Notes: generated by a model from the letters alone, not told the origin. A stretch of 64,000 nucleotides of DNA from an uncultured virus (IMG/VR IMGVR_UViG_3300037249_000775) (IMGVR_UViG_3300037249_000775), one strand, 5' to 3'. Numbered from the stretch's first letter, positions 10,508-21,502 are shown. Program-made: numbers and translations.

Positions 10508-13500
10508 TTAACTTTCATAAATTTCTCTAAGCCTATTCTTTAATTCAATAATGCATTTATTTCCAAGTGATGTTAAGAATATACTCGGTACCATACGAGA
10601 AAGAATAGAGTTGGATGCAATTATTGTATCTACAACTTCATCAGGATGATACTCACTATATGGTTCATAACCTTCTGGAATAACTTCACCAATCGTATTT
10701 TTTAATGCTGTAAAGTTTGCAATTTTTGAACCCGTCTCCAATGGTTCTGTATGTTTAATATAGAAATTAATCAATACACCATCGTCTACATTCTTACCTT
10801 TAATAACACCATATTTATTTGGCTCAATTTGATGTGTCGGCTCTTTACACAATATACCACATTTAACAACACTGTTTTTGCTCTCAGGATCATACTTTTC
10901 AAGAATAGCTTTTTTCTTATTATATTTTTTATAATAATCTGATACAACCTTTTTTAATGACGGCGACATTTCTTCCAATGGAACTGTTGCATATATTTCT
11001 ATCTGTTCAATTACACCAGAATACTTAGACTTAATTGTATTTTTAGATTCTTCAGTAATTTGCTTTTTCATATCGTCATCACCGATATTAGCAAGCAAAA
11101 CATTCAATTCATTATCATCATATGATGTATCAAATTGAATAAGTGGTTCACCTACCATAATTTCATTACCCTTTTTAACCATATGAGTAATATTAGAGTT
11201 TTTACCAATTACAGCCTGAACCATGAAACACATTTCAGTTGCAGCAGCATCAGCTAATCTCTGACTAATCATTGTAGCATCTTCATATGTATTATAAGTT
11301 GACATAATTGCTACTTTAGCTAATGTACCCATATTCATTCTTGCATTATTAAACTTATCATTAGTAAAGAAATCTTTATGATAAGCTAAAACATCATCGG
11401 CTTTAAATTTATCTCCAACTTCCAAATCAGTAATAAGCTTATTCGAAAGGAAAAATCCGCCACCACCGTTTTTAACAATAAATTCAGATAAATTAACTGC
11501 CTTAGTTTTACCTGATTTATATTTAACTATCATAATACCAGTTTCTTCATCTTTTTCAACTACAGTTCCATCTTCATCAGCATTGACAACGAAGTCTGAA
11601 GATAATTTAAATCTTACAACTTCTTCCATACCATTTGAAATTAATACAGGAGATGAATCTTTAACTGGAACAACATGTCTTGATTGTTTAATAGCATGAC
11701 CTAAACGTGTAGGATCATCGTATGAACCAGACATAGGCATCATTAATTCAGCAGGTGAGAATACATTAACATCAGTTAATTCATCTTCTTTACCTTGCTT
11801 TATATCAACGTATCCTCTTATAGAAGTAATTGCAGGTTCGGTACTAAGAGTTTTCAGTACACCAACATTACCATCAGGAGATGACGATGGAGCTATAATA
11901 CCAACCATTGATTGGTCAAACACTCTCTTTTCAGGCGTATATGCTCTATCCAAGTTAGAACCTCTAAATCCTTTTGAGGAAATAGAATGCATCATTTCCA
12001 TCTCAAGAGCAGGATTAAGTGTCGAATAATCCTCAACTGTTTTCAATGCCAATAAGTTTTTAATAACTATATCTTGTGGAATAGAATATTTCTTTGCACC
12101 ATTAGAGTTTCTATAATTAACATAGTTCTTTGCTAATGCTTCATAAAGAATAGCAGGTACAATCTCATTGGATCTAACACGTGATAATCTCTGATTTGTC
12201 TCGGGAATAAATTGTGAGTCAGCAAGAAGACTAACTGCATAAATCATCAATTCAACAATTTCAGTTGGTAAATTAATATCAGCTAAAATTTCTTTAGTAA
12301 TAGGGTCTATTGTAAATTCATAGAAGTTGTTAAGGGCATTAATGATCGTGGCTTTACCATATACTTTCATAAAGTAGTCTAAATATGGTTGTACGTCATC
12401 CATATCAGAAAGTTTATATTTCTCAAGAGGTAATAATCTAATACCATTGATTAGAATGGAACTTCCAACATTACTATCATCGTATATAAACCAACAATCC
12501 GAAAATCTTAAATAATTTTCATTGAATTTCACATCTTTGGGTCTACCATCACTTAATCTATAATTAATATTCATTTTTTTAAGTACTCGTGAAAAACCTT
12601 CCCAGAAACAAAGTAAAGCCATAACTGCAATATCCTGACTCATGACTTTAACTTTAGTATACATCAATCGTTTTGGAATTGGAATAGATGCTAATTTATC
12701 CGACATAGTAGAATCACTATTATCTAAAATAATATCAACAATACTTCTACCATTGGACGTTTGATTATTTATATTAACAAAAATTGGTTTACTATTTTCA
12801 ATACCAATAAACATATTATTTTCAGGTACTTTAATATTATTTTCATCTAAATATTTTTTGGCTTCATCCTGGTTGAAATAAATTATACAAGTTCCGTTTT
12901 TAGATTTAAATCTAATTAATAACTTTGATAATTCATCGTACTCAATAGTTGTAAGATATTTCTCATTACCATGATACGAATTACCAAATTTAAAATATTT
13001 CTTAAATTCATCTGATTCTTTTAATAATTTTTTCATACGTTCTACAGATGAAACTGATTTAGTATCAACACGCCTTATGGTCATCTTATTATAATTGGTA
13101 ACAATCTGTACAGTATCTTCACTTGTTTTAATAACAGGAAAAAAGAAGTTTTGTTTTTTAATAACTTTCTTATTACCGCCAATATAAATAAATCTATCAT
13201 CTAAGAATTTAGGTATATCTACTTTTACAGTATGTCTTTGTCTATTAGCATCTTCAAGATAAATAGTATATGTTTCTTTATAGTTAAGCTCGTCAGATGT
13301 ATCTTCAACTTTAATGTCTCTAACATACATAGGGATAGACTTATCATTTAAAGATAAAATGGCATTAGTTATATCATGACTTAAAACTTTTTCATTATAA
13401 GTTTTATCAAAATTCTGGAAAGTCATCTTTGCCATATTCTTATTAGGAGTTCTAACTTTATTAGATACATCCTTTGTTGGAACAGATATATGATTAGCCT

Positions 13501-14818
13501 CGATTTTTTGAATATCTTTAATAGTCATGCCTTTAACTACAATATCTTTCTGCTTTTCTCTAAGCATTTTATCTCTTGGAGACGATAATGGTTTACTATT
13601 AGTTGAAATAATATTATTATTTGTTTCATTATAGATATCTTTAATTAATTCTTCATCATTATTAATTTCATTTTCAGCTTTCGTTTTTACATATTTAATC
13701 ATCTCTGCTTCAAGTGCATTGTCTGCATCTTCATCTTCTACTAAATCTTCATTAATAATTGAATCATCAATTTCATTAGCAACTTTTTCTACTTTTTCTC
13801 TTATTCGTTCATCAATGTCATTATCTTTTGTTACACTTACATTAGTAGAAGTTTCAGTTAAATTTCTGAATTTTCTAATATCAGATACGACATTATCAAC
13901 AGCATTATCTCTAATCATATCAGATATTTTTGGAACATCTTCTTCTTTAGTGTTTTTATCGGTTTCAATTATTTTGTCATTTTTAACGGTAACACTTTTT
14001 AAAATTCTATTCATAAGAATTCTAAAGTCTTTATAAAACATTTTATCTATATTAGATTTAGAAGGATTGAATTTTAATACTTTATTTTTAGTATAATAAT
14101 AAAAATCATAATCTAAATCTTTAACCAATTCATGATATCTAAAAAGTGTATAATACATTATCATCAAATGATTTAAACTATTTACATTATCAATCATTGA
14201 TTTATTTGATTTTAGATTATCTAAATTAATAAGAATAAACTTATATTCATAATTAGATAAAGAATCATATGAATGTAAAATAGATTTAACATAATCCCAA
14301 TATAAGGTAACTTTCTTCTTTAACGGAACTTTACTTGTATATTGAGAGAAAATTTCAAAGTATTCAAATAAATCTATAAACATATTATATTTTTCAGAAG
14401 GATTTATGAATAACTTTTTATAAGTTCTAACTTTTTTAAGTTTATCTATTTTCTCATAATATTCTTGACGTTCATTAAAAAACTTTTTATTATATACTTT
14501 ATTATATATTCTTCCTCTATATCTACTATTTAGATAATAAGTTTTATAAAATGTTTTTGGAAGTGCATTTTTAGGAGATTTTAAATAATCCATAGTTTCA
14601 TCAAAACTATTTGAAAAAAGAAATGCAAGATTACCCTTACCAGTAGGATTACCTTTAGGTAATGTAAAAATTCGAGGAAATACCTTTAAATAAGGGATTT
14701 TCTCAGCATACATATCTTCAGTAATAATATCACCTACAGTAATATCATCTTTTACAACTTCTTCGTTGATTATATTTTTATTATTTAACATTTGAAAAAA
14801 TATATTGGGTTCTGACAT
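10508..14818 (-). CDS. Multisubunit RNA polymerase beta subunit, large N-terminal part (virion RNAP, phiKZ gp178-like)
   Basis: Beta motifs SPDGNVG, KQSRHVVP, YNTYEDA, GSKIANFTALKNTI, SRMVPS; ends just after the SRM motif (split beta); long N-terminal extension; late promoter at 14846-14857. Confidence 0.88.
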   Translation of the reverse strand: MSEPNIFFQMLNNKNIINEEVVKDDITVGDIITEDMYAEKIPYLKVFPRIFTLPKGNPTGKGNLAFLFSNSFDETMDYLKSPKNALPKTFYKTYYLNSRYRGRIYNKVYNKKFFNERQEYYEKIDKLKKVRTYKKLFINPSEKYNMFIDLFEYFEIFSQYTSKVPLKKKVTLYWDYVKSILHSYDSLSNYEYKFILINLDNLKSNKSMIDNVNSLNHLMIMYYTLFRYHELVKDLDYDFYYYTKNKVLKFNPSKSNIDKMFYKDFRILMNRILKSVTVKNDKIIETDKNTKEEDVPKISDMIRDNAVDNVVSDIRKFRNLTETSTNVSVTKDNDIDERIREKVEKVANEIDDSIINEDLVEDEDADNALEAEMIKYVKTKAENEINNDEELIKDIYNETNNNIISTNSKPLSSPRDKMLREKQKDIVVKGMTIKDIQKIEANHISVPTKDVSNKVRTPNKNMAKMTFQNFDKTYNEKVLSHDITNAILSLNDKSIPMYVRDIKVEDTSDELNYKETYTIYLEDANRQRHTVKVDIPKFLDDRFIYIGGNKKVIKKQNFFFPVIKTSEDTVQIVTNYNKMTIRRVDTKSVSSVERMKKLLKESDEFKKYFKFGNSYHGNEKYLTTIEYDELSKLLIRFKSKNGTCIIYFNQDEAKKYLDENNIKVPENNMFIGIENSKPIFVNINNQTSNGRSIVDIILDNSDSTMSDKLASIPIPKRLMYTKVKVMSQDIAVMALLCFWEGFSRVLKKMNINYRLSDGRPKDVKFNENYLRFSDCWFIYDDSNVGSSILINGIRLLPLEKYKLSDMDDVQPYLDYFMKVYGKATIINALNNFYEFTIDPITKEILADINLPTEIVELMIYAVSLLADSQFIPETNQRLSRVRSNEIVPAILYEALAKNYVNYRNSNGAKKYSIPQDIVIKNLLALKTVEDYSTLNPALEMEMMHSISSKGFRGSNLDRAYTPEKRVFDQSMVGIIAPSSSPDGNVGVLKTLSTEPAITSIRGYVDIKQGKEDELTDVNVFSPAELMMPMSGSYDDPTRLGHAIKQSRHVVPVKDSSPVLISNGMEEVVRFKLSSDFVVNADEDGTVVEKDEETGIMIVKYKSGKTKAVNLSEFIVKNGGGGFFLSNKLITDLEVGDKFKADDVLAYHKDFFTNDKFNNARMNMGTLAKVAIMSTYNTYEDATMISQRLADAAATEMCFMVQAVIGKNSNITHMVKKGNEIMVGEPLIQFDTSYDDNELNVLLANIGDDDMKKQITEESKNTIKSKYSGVIEQIEIYATVPLEEMSPSLKKVVSDYYKKYNKKKAILEKYDPESKNSVVKCGILCKEPTHQIEPNKYGVIKGKNVDDGVLINFYIKHTEPLETGSKIANFTALKNTIGEVIPEGYEPYSEYHPDEVVDTIIASNSILSRMVPSIFLTSLGNKCIIELKNRLREIYES

Positions 14819-14908
14819 ATGTTCATCCCTTTCATATATTATACTTAATCTTATGTTTTTTGAGATAAAAATAATGAGTATTGGAAAATTCCAATACTCA
14901 TTATCAAT

Positions 14909-17305
14909 TTAATCTAAATCATCTACGAGAAAATTATTAAAGAACTCTTCATAGAAATCATCATCTTCTAATATCGGGTCATATAATACGGATTCAGCTA
15001 TTTTTCCATCTTTCATGAAAATCTTATCAGTTGTTGTTTTTTCCGGAAGGTTTTCAACCCATGTACGTAATGTTCCCATATATTCAGCTTTCCACTTTGC
15101 AAATGCTTTATCAGGATTTCCATCTTTTTCATTATAATGACGTGGTATTGGCTGTAAATAATCAACACCGTCAACATTTTTAATTTTCCAATGTTTTGGT
15201 GGTTCAGGAAATCTATAATTATCTTTAAACATAATTCGTGCATCAGTATATAACTTATCATAATATACACCATCACGATCACGATCAGTTTTTTTTCGTA
15301 ATTGTGCATGACCTGCTGATGAGTATTGAGTTTTAAATCCTTTTGCATTTAAAATGGCTATAACATTAGCAATTTCTTTATCAATATTTGCTGTTTCAGT
15401 AATAACTACGTAATCATCATTAAACATTTCAACCGATTCCTTTTTAACAGATTTTTTATTGTTATTCAATCTTTTTTGAATTGAAGAATCAAATCCATCT
15501 ATATATGAATTGACATATTCTTTTTCACTAGAATTTAAAAGTTTATATTTCAACTTAAACTGAGCATCATACAATCTGTAATCTTTACTATTTTTTATAT
15601 ATACTGAATCTTTTTTATAATCTCTATTTGTAGTTTTAATTAAATCAATATTTCCTTTTGCAATCATTTTTTTATTATGAATTGCACATATTTCTTTTAT
15701 TTTTTTATTGTTGAGTTTTTTTTCAGATGTATTATTTTTATTAAAATTAAGTAAATCATTCAGTCTTTCAAGATACATTTCAGAATGTTCTTCTAATTCA
15801 AACATACCTTCTGTAACAGATTTAGGTAGTGATTCTGTATAAGAATTAAATGTATCATCATAACCACATCCTTGAGGTAACAGGCTACCAACAACTGATG
15901 CTGAATTTTCAAAAAGACCTTTTAATACGTTAGGTTTATCCATAATATTAAATTTAATATTTTCATCATTTAAAGATTTATATAATACTGAAATAGTTTC
16001 TAATATAGTTTTATATGACATAATCGCTAAATTAATAACTTCATTAAAATTATCATATAATGGATTTGCTTGTTTATTAAATAATTTAGCATGTAATACA
16101 TCCATATTATCAGAAGCTTTCGTATTGCAAATTGTTAATGCATTATCACTAAGTTTGTCACTATACTCATTATCTGAATATACCCTAGTAAATAATGAAA
16201 AATAATAAGTTGCATCAAATGCATCTATTAGTATTTGATTACTTATTAAAGAATTTATTTCAATATCGTTTATTAATTTTATTAATTTTAAATCATGTAC
16301 CATTTCTTTAATAACGGAATCCATACAGTCTAATTCATGAACAATGATATCTTTGTTATTATTCTTAAATGCATTAAATAAACTATATAAATTCTTTTTT
16401 AATTCAAATGAAAGAGTAATATATGCAGGATAATAACTTCTAAGTTTTAATTGAGTCTTCGTCATTTTAACTAAAGAAACAGCTTCTTCATAAATATCAT
16501 CGTTTAAAGTTATTTCAGAATTATATTTCATTTCATTTACTTTTTCATTATAATAATCTAATAATGATTTTTTAATTTCACTATTTGTAATGATATCTTT
16601 ATTTTTTTCATGAATATATAAACTATCGGCAATAAAATATTTCGCATCATCATATTTTTTAGATTCCATCAAATGTTTAATAATTCCAAGATTAATATTA
16701 ACTATATTATCAATAGATGTATCCTCTATTAATACTGATTCTTTTACATTTTCGTTATTTTCTTCTTTTTTAGGTCGTGACAATTCTTTAGGACGTTTTA
16801 AAACAGAGTCATATTTTTTCGTAGTCACATTTCGCATATCAACATAACGTTTATTCTCTTCTAAAAGATTACGAATTTTTTCAAGTTTATTAGTATAATT
16901 ATTTCTCATTTTTTCATATTTATCTGCCTGCTTTGAATAACCATGGTCATCAAGTATTTTAATACATTCATTACAATTTTCCGTAATCTTATTAATATAC
17001 TTATCAATTTCAGTAACAGCATCTGACATAGCTTTTTTAGCTTCTTCAGACTTATTCCTATGATACAATTCCAAAGCTTTATTTTTTGCTGCTTTGGATT
17101 TTTGTTTACATTCTTTAAAAAGTTTTTTATTTGCAATTTTTAATGATTTAAGACTCTCTTTTTTAAGTTTCTTACCAGCGTCACCAAATTCTTCAATGAT
17201 TGTATCTTCAATATCAAAATCTGAATCTATAACATCTATTGCAGTTTCAAATATTTCAAAGATCATATCTATATCATCTATAGAAGAATAAAATTTATTA
17301 TCCAT
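14909..17305 (-). CDS. Hypothetical protein, probable head-internal protein
   Basis: 798 aa; AAAGGAG RBS; many hydrophobic-x-E(S/A) sites; C-terminal IDKEIANVIAILNAKGFKTQYSSAGH segment weakly TYW3-like. Confidence 0.7.
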   Translation of the reverse strand: MDNKFYSSIDDIDMIFEIFETAIDVIDSDFDIEDTIIEEFGDAGKKLKKESLKSLKIANKKLFKECKQKSKAAKNKALELYHRNKSEEAKKAMSDAVTEIDKYINKITENCNECIKILDDHGYSKQADKYEKMRNNYTNKLEKIRNLLEENKRYVDMRNVTTKKYDSVLKRPKELSRPKKEENNENVKESVLIEDTSIDNIVNINLGIIKHLMESKKYDDAKYFIADSLYIHEKNKDIITNSEIKKSLLDYYNEKVNEMKYNSEITLNDDIYEEAVSLVKMTKTQLKLRSYYPAYITLSFELKKNLYSLFNAFKNNNKDIIVHELDCMDSVIKEMVHDLKLIKLINDIEINSLISNQILIDAFDATYYFSLFTRVYSDNEYSDKLSDNALTICNTKASDNMDVLHAKLFNKQANPLYDNFNEVINLAIMSYKTILETISVLYKSLNDENIKFNIMDKPNVLKGLFENSASVVGSLLPQGCGYDDTFNSYTESLPKSVTEGMFELEEHSEMYLERLNDLLNFNKNNTSEKKLNNKKIKEICAIHNKKMIAKGNIDLIKTTNRDYKKDSVYIKNSKDYRLYDAQFKLKYKLLNSSEKEYVNSYIDGFDSSIQKRLNNNKKSVKKESVEMFNDDYVVITETANIDKEIANVIAILNAKGFKTQYSSAGHAQLRKKTDRDRDGVYYDKLYTDARIMFKDNYRFPEPPKHWKIKNVDGVDYLQPIPRHYNEKDGNPDKAFAKWKAEYMGTLRTWVENLPEKTTTDKIFMKDGKIAESVLYDPILEDDDFYEEFFNNFLVDDLD

Positions 17306-17366
17306 TTAGTAATCTCCTTTCATAATTTAATAAATAAATTATAGCTTATCTTATTGTCGTTAAAAA

Positions 17367-18227
17367 TCATAGATATTTCTTTATTCTATTATTATCTTTA
17401 ATATCAACTTTAGATAAATCTATATTATATAATTTTATTCTTTTTATAATATTATATGCTAATTCTTTCTCATGAAAAAAATCAACAGAATTAAAATTTT
17501 CTATACTTTTAATTGTATGATAAACGTCATATACAGGAAATCTTCTTTGAGATGGAATACCAAAATCTTTATCTGGAATAATATGTTTTATACTGGAAAA
17601 ATTATTTTTATAGATTGAATTGAATTTATTAGGATAAAATATTTCGATTGCTTTTTGATGTTCCGGTTTTAAATAAGGATAAACTTTATATAAATTATAA
17701 AATTTACCTGAAGCAATTAAACTATCTTCATCAAACTTTGCTACATTATCTGTATACTCTCCATCATAATTAGCAACATATACTTCATTATATAAACCCG
17801 TCCAATTAACTTTATTATTTATAATAGCTTTTTTTGGTGGAACTCTTTTTTCAGTATATGTTATACCTGTATATTTTACATCAGTTATATTAAAACGTGC
17901 TTCTTCATGACATTCATTTATAGCTTGTTTTATATGAGATATGTCTTTTTCATATGAACCGCCAGGAATTAAATATTTTACATTTTCAGATTGTAGTGAT
18001 TTTGGTAAAAATTTTAAATAAACGAATTTATCATATTTTATAATTAAAGTTTCTACACGACCTCTATATATTCTATTTGTATTTTCATCATATAATATTG
18101 AATTCCAATTATTATGCTTATCATAAAATCCTTTATTTTTTATTGCATCTTTCAATGCATTACATTTCTCTTGAACTGAATATTTTGAATTAGGTTCATA
18201 GTAAATTAATTTAGAATAATCTATCAT
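17367..18227 (-). CDS. Nudix hydrolase with C-terminal DUF6582-like domain
   Basis: PGGSYEKDISHIKQAINECHEEARF Nudix-box variant; C-terminal IPDKDFGIPSQRRFPVYDVYH...ELAYNI. Confidence 0.65.
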   Translation of the reverse strand: MIDYSKLIYYEPNSKYSVQEKCNALKDAIKNKGFYDKHNNWNSILYDENTNRIYRGRVETLIIKYDKFVYLKFLPKSLQSENVKYLIPGGSYEKDISHIKQAINECHEEARFNITDVKYTGITYTEKRVPPKKAIINNKVNWTGLYNEVYVANYDGEYTDNVAKFDEDSLIASGKFYNLYKVYPYLKPEHQKAIEIFYPNKFNSIYKNNFSSIKHIIPDKDFGIPSQRRFPVYDVYHTIKSIENFNSVDFFHEKELAYNIIKRIKLYNIDLSKVDIKDNNRIKKYL

Positions 18228-18329
18228 ATTTATATCACTCCCATTACTAAATTTTTCACTTAAAGAAATGTGTTAAAAACAATAAAAAAATAAGTGAGTG
18301 GTATAATTTTATACCACTCACTCAAATTA

Positions 18330-18785
18330 TTAATTTACAGTATTAATATAGGTTGAGTAATACTCTCGAAGTCCTTTCAAATCATATAACGATGGTGTAT
18401 ATAACTTATCATCTTTTATAATATTATAAAGAAAAGTTACAACATGCTCAATGTGCTTTCTATCTTTTTTAGACATTGGATAATCCGTATCTAAGAATTT
18501 TAATAACACATCAAGGGCATACTTATTATCATAAAATATTTGTTCACCACTAAGAGATAAATATTCTATATATCCTGATTGAATATATGTGTTTTCATAT
18601 CGTATTAAATATAATTCATCAAATTCTGGATCATTACGTGCTTTTTTATTTTTGATCTTAACAATTTCTAAATTTTTATCAGAATCTGAATATGTTCTCT
18701 TAATGTTATTAATATATTCTATACAAACACTGTATCTTTTATTATATGCTACAATTTCATTTTTTTCATCTATTATTACATACAT
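18330..18785 (-). CDS. Hypothetical protein
   Basis: AAGGAG RBS; followed by terminator hairpin ~18293-18323. Confidence 0.75.
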   Translation of the reverse strand: MYVIIDEKNEIVAYNKRYSVCIEYINNIKRTYSDSDKNLEIVKIKNKKARNDPEFDELYLIRYENTYIQSGYIEYLSLSGEQIFYDNKYALDVLLKFLDTDYPMSKKDRKHIEHVVTFLYNIIKDDKLYTPSLYDLKGLREYYSTYINTVN

Positions 18786-18797
18786 TTTAACTCCTTA

Positions 18798-19244
18798 TTA
18801 TATAGCCATTGCAACATCATAAACTTTTTTCATTCTTGTAAATGTCTCTGGTTTAATACAATGACAAATAGGTTCAAAAGAAAATATAGATAATATAAGT
18901 GCAGCAACTAATCTAGCAATAACGGTTACAATAGGAATTACAGATGTGAACGTTGTCTGTACTCTTTCTATTAAATCATTTTTTTCCATTTCTTCTATCA
19001 TTTCTTGTCTAATTTTTAAACGATCTTTTGAAACATAGTATGGAACGACTCCCATTTTTTGTTTCACTAATTTTTTCTTTTGTTTTTCAATTGCTTTTTT
19101 ATCATACTTATCAAGTTTCTTTTGATAGTATTCAATTTCATCAATAAGACTTTGATAATTTTTATTCATAGTCTTATCAATTGCTTTCATCATGTTGACA
19201 GATTTATCAACTTTCTTTTTATTCTTCTTTTTCTTTTTGCTCAT
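18798..19244 (-). CDS. Hypothetical Lys-rich membrane-associated protein
   Basis: AAAGGAG RBS; early TATATTAT at 19310-19317 (minus); C-terminal hydrophobic helix. Confidence 0.75.
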   Translation of the reverse strand: MSKKKKKNKKKVDKSVNMMKAIDKTMNKNYQSLIDEIEYYQKKLDKYDKKAIEKQKKKLVKQKMGVVPYYVSKDRLKIRQEMIEEMEKNDLIERVQTTFTSVIPIVTVIARLVAALILSIFSFEPICHCIKPETFTRMKKVYDVAMAI

Positions 19245-19329
19245 AACTGATCAGGTCTCCTTTAATTGATATAGGTTAATTTATAAATTATAATATAAAT
19301 TACTATTTAATAATATATAATTGATAATA

Positions 19330-19446
19330 AAAATTAATAGATAAATATTTTAAAATATTTATCTATTAATTTGATTTAAAGAAATACGGCGAAGCCGTAA
19401 TATAGTAAGTACCACTATTATATTATATTAGTAATTAGAAATAATT
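19330..19446 (-). ncRNA. Candidate late small RNA
   Basis: AACA-aaaagg-TA (19446-19457, minus) to terminator hairpin ~19332-19372; contains the GC hairpin TACGGC-TTC-GCCGTA; no ORF start inside. Confidence 0.4.
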
Positions 19447-19497
19447 ACCTTTTTGTTCTTGAAAAAATAGAAAATAATTCAGTATAAACAATAATGT

Positions 19498-19605
19498 AAA
19501 AATTCCTATTTGTTGTAGATTGTTCATAGAAAATAACCTTCTTGTAATTTTCAATGGTAAATATAAACGGTAATGAGATTAAATCTCATTACCGTTTATA
19601 TTATT
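19498..19605 (+). ncRNA. Candidate late antisense sRNA (anti-RBS/start)
   Basis: AACA-ataatg-TA at 19487-19498; CAT at 19525 and ACCTTCT at 19536; hairpin 19561-19601. Confidence 0.45.
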
Positions 19606-20824
19606 TATTTATTGTTGAGTAAGCCGCTGTAGCATATTTACGAATTTCAGATATCATTTGTAGTAATTCTGCTGTAATAAAGTTACTTGTATTACCATAT
19701 AAATTATTTTTAATATTTTCTTCCCAAGGGACTATTATATCAGAAATATTTTTTAAATTAAATTTAAGAGTAAATTGAACTCTTGTATTTAACATAGTAA
19801 GATTATATTTATCGATACTTTGACTCGTTTTTAATGATTCTTTTTCTGCAATAATTTTTTTCATAATTGTACTTAATCTATTTTGATATTTTTTCATTCC
19901 ATCAGGAATGACAACTGAATGTGATAAATAGAGAATCTTGTTATCTACATTTTCCAATATATTTTCTAACGGTAGATATAATACCGTTTCTAAGAATGAA
20001 TAAAATGTAGTATTACATGTAAGATAAATATCAGTTGTTTCTAAATTGAATGTATTGTAATTAACTTGTTTTTTAACAGTAAGTTTATTACTTGCAATAT
20101 TAGCTAAACTATTTTTATACGTATCAGCATCAATTTTTACAAAAGGAATTTCACCATATATTGAATTTACATGGTCTAATGAAACTATTTTACCAGACTC
20201 TTCAGCAGGTTTCAAATAATTAAAAGTTAATAAAGAATCTGTCAATAAATCAGTGTAAGCTAATTTAAATCCCATATACTTATAAAATTCATCAACAAAA
20301 CTTTTAATCAAAATATTATCAAAGATTTCTTTTTTTGTTTTTTCTGGTGAAGCTTGCATATTAGAATAGAGAACATTGAAAATTGAACTGGTTCTTGTTA
20401 TATCACCAATTACATTTAAAATATTAGAACCTGTAAATGTAACAACCACTGTTTTGTATACAGTCTTTGCTGGAAAATACATGATACCAGGCTTAATCTC
20501 AATATCTTCATCATTTTCTATATTAGCATTTAATGTAAATAATGATTGAGTTGCTTGAGCTGTAGATGGGTATAACTTCCTATCAAAATTATTTACGTTA
20601 ATATATGTTGATACATCTATTAGGTTTCCATTAGCAAAATATTTTAAATATACTGCTTCTAAGATTGATATATCAGTTACAATATATGAAATACTAATAT
20701 GGGATAATAAAATAGGAAAATTCTTTTCAAAATCTTTTGTAATTTCTTTTGATTCGAGAATGCCTGTTTTAAATCCATTTTCAAGTAAGTCCATATTGTT
20801 AGTTATAACATAATCGACTACCAT
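19601..20824 (-). CDS. Hypothetical protein, possibly degenerate tandem ThyX-like fold
   Basis: 407 aa; GGAGGAG RBS; weak ThyX-like segments, no RHR motif. Confidence 0.7.
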   Translation of the reverse strand: MVVDYVITNNMDLLENGFKTGILESKEITKDFEKNFPILLSHISISYIVTDISILEAVYLKYFANGNLIDVSTYINVNNFDRKLYPSTAQATQSLFTLNANIENDEDIEIKPGIMYFPAKTVYKTVVVTFTGSNILNVIGDITRTSSIFNVLYSNMQASPEKTKKEIFDNILIKSFVDEFYKYMGFKLAYTDLLTDSLLTFNYLKPAEESGKIVSLDHVNSIYGEIPFVKIDADTYKNSLANIASNKLTVKKQVNYNTFNLETTDIYLTCNTTFYSFLETVLYLPLENILENVDNKILYLSHSVVIPDGMKKYQNRLSTIMKKIIAEKESLKTSQSIDKYNLTMLNTRVQFTLKFNLKNISDIIVPWEENIKNNLYGNTSNFITAELLQMISEIRKYATAAYSTINK

Positions 20825-21004
20825 TTATTTCTCCTCCTCATCGTCAATACTATCAACAATATATTTACATGTCATAGTTCCGTTTTCATAAACGAATTTA
20901 GAACACGACTGACATGTTTTAAATTCATGATCATCAATACCGAATTTGTCATACAATTCTTCAACTGTAAAATTGTTTTGACAATTATCTAATTTTTTAC
21001 TCAT
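20825..21004 (-). CDS. 59-aa Cys-containing protein (not in ORF track)
   Basis: AAAGGGG RBS, MSKKLDNCQNNFTVEELYDKFGIDDHEFKTCQSCSKFVYENGTMTCKYIVDSIDDEEEK; stop abuts the next ATG (TAAATG). Confidence 0.75.
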   Translation of the reverse strand: MSKKLDNCQNNFTVEELYDKFGIDDHEFKTCQSCSKFVYENGTMTCKYIVDSIDDEEEK

Positions 21005-21097
21005 TTTTATTTCCCCTTTATATAAGAATTATATTAAATTTCTGTATTTAATGTGATATTTTTTTACATTAGGATAATAATATTGGAGGTGTTTTTT

Positions 21098-21502
21098 ATG
21101 AAAAACAAAGTATCAAAAATTAAAAATATTGGACGTAAATTTGTACTTTGTATCAAAAACATTGATTGGTTACATATCCCTGTACAAGTTTATGTTCGAT
21201 GGATACTTGCGGTAATATTATCAATCAACTCTATTTTAACATTTTTAGACATTAATCCTATTGCTTACAGTGAAACACAAATATACGAAGTTGTTACAGT
21301 AATTCTTAATGTTATTATTTTATTTGTAAACACATATAAAAATAATTCAACATCTAAGGAAGCCTTGGTAAGTGATATGATTATGAGGTCATTGAAATCA
21401 TCGGCTGAGGTAGATGATGAAGAAGCAATGAAAAAAGTTATTCGTGTTTTAGAAGAGCTTAATGAATCGGAACATACAAAAAATAACAATACGGTTGGTT
21501 AA
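21098..21502 (+). CDS. Holin, SPP1-family-like
   Basis: GGAGGT RBS before ATG 21098; VRWILAVILSINSIL...PI...ETQIYEVVT...YKNNSTSKEA matches the SPP1 holin pattern with two TM helices. Confidence 0.75.
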   Translation: MKNKVSKIKNIGRKFVLCIKNIDWLHIPVQVYVRWILAVILSINSILTFLDINPIAYSETQIYEVVTVILNVIILFVNTYKNNSTSKEALVSDMIMRSLKSSAEVDDEEAMKKVIRVLEELNESEHTKNNNTVG

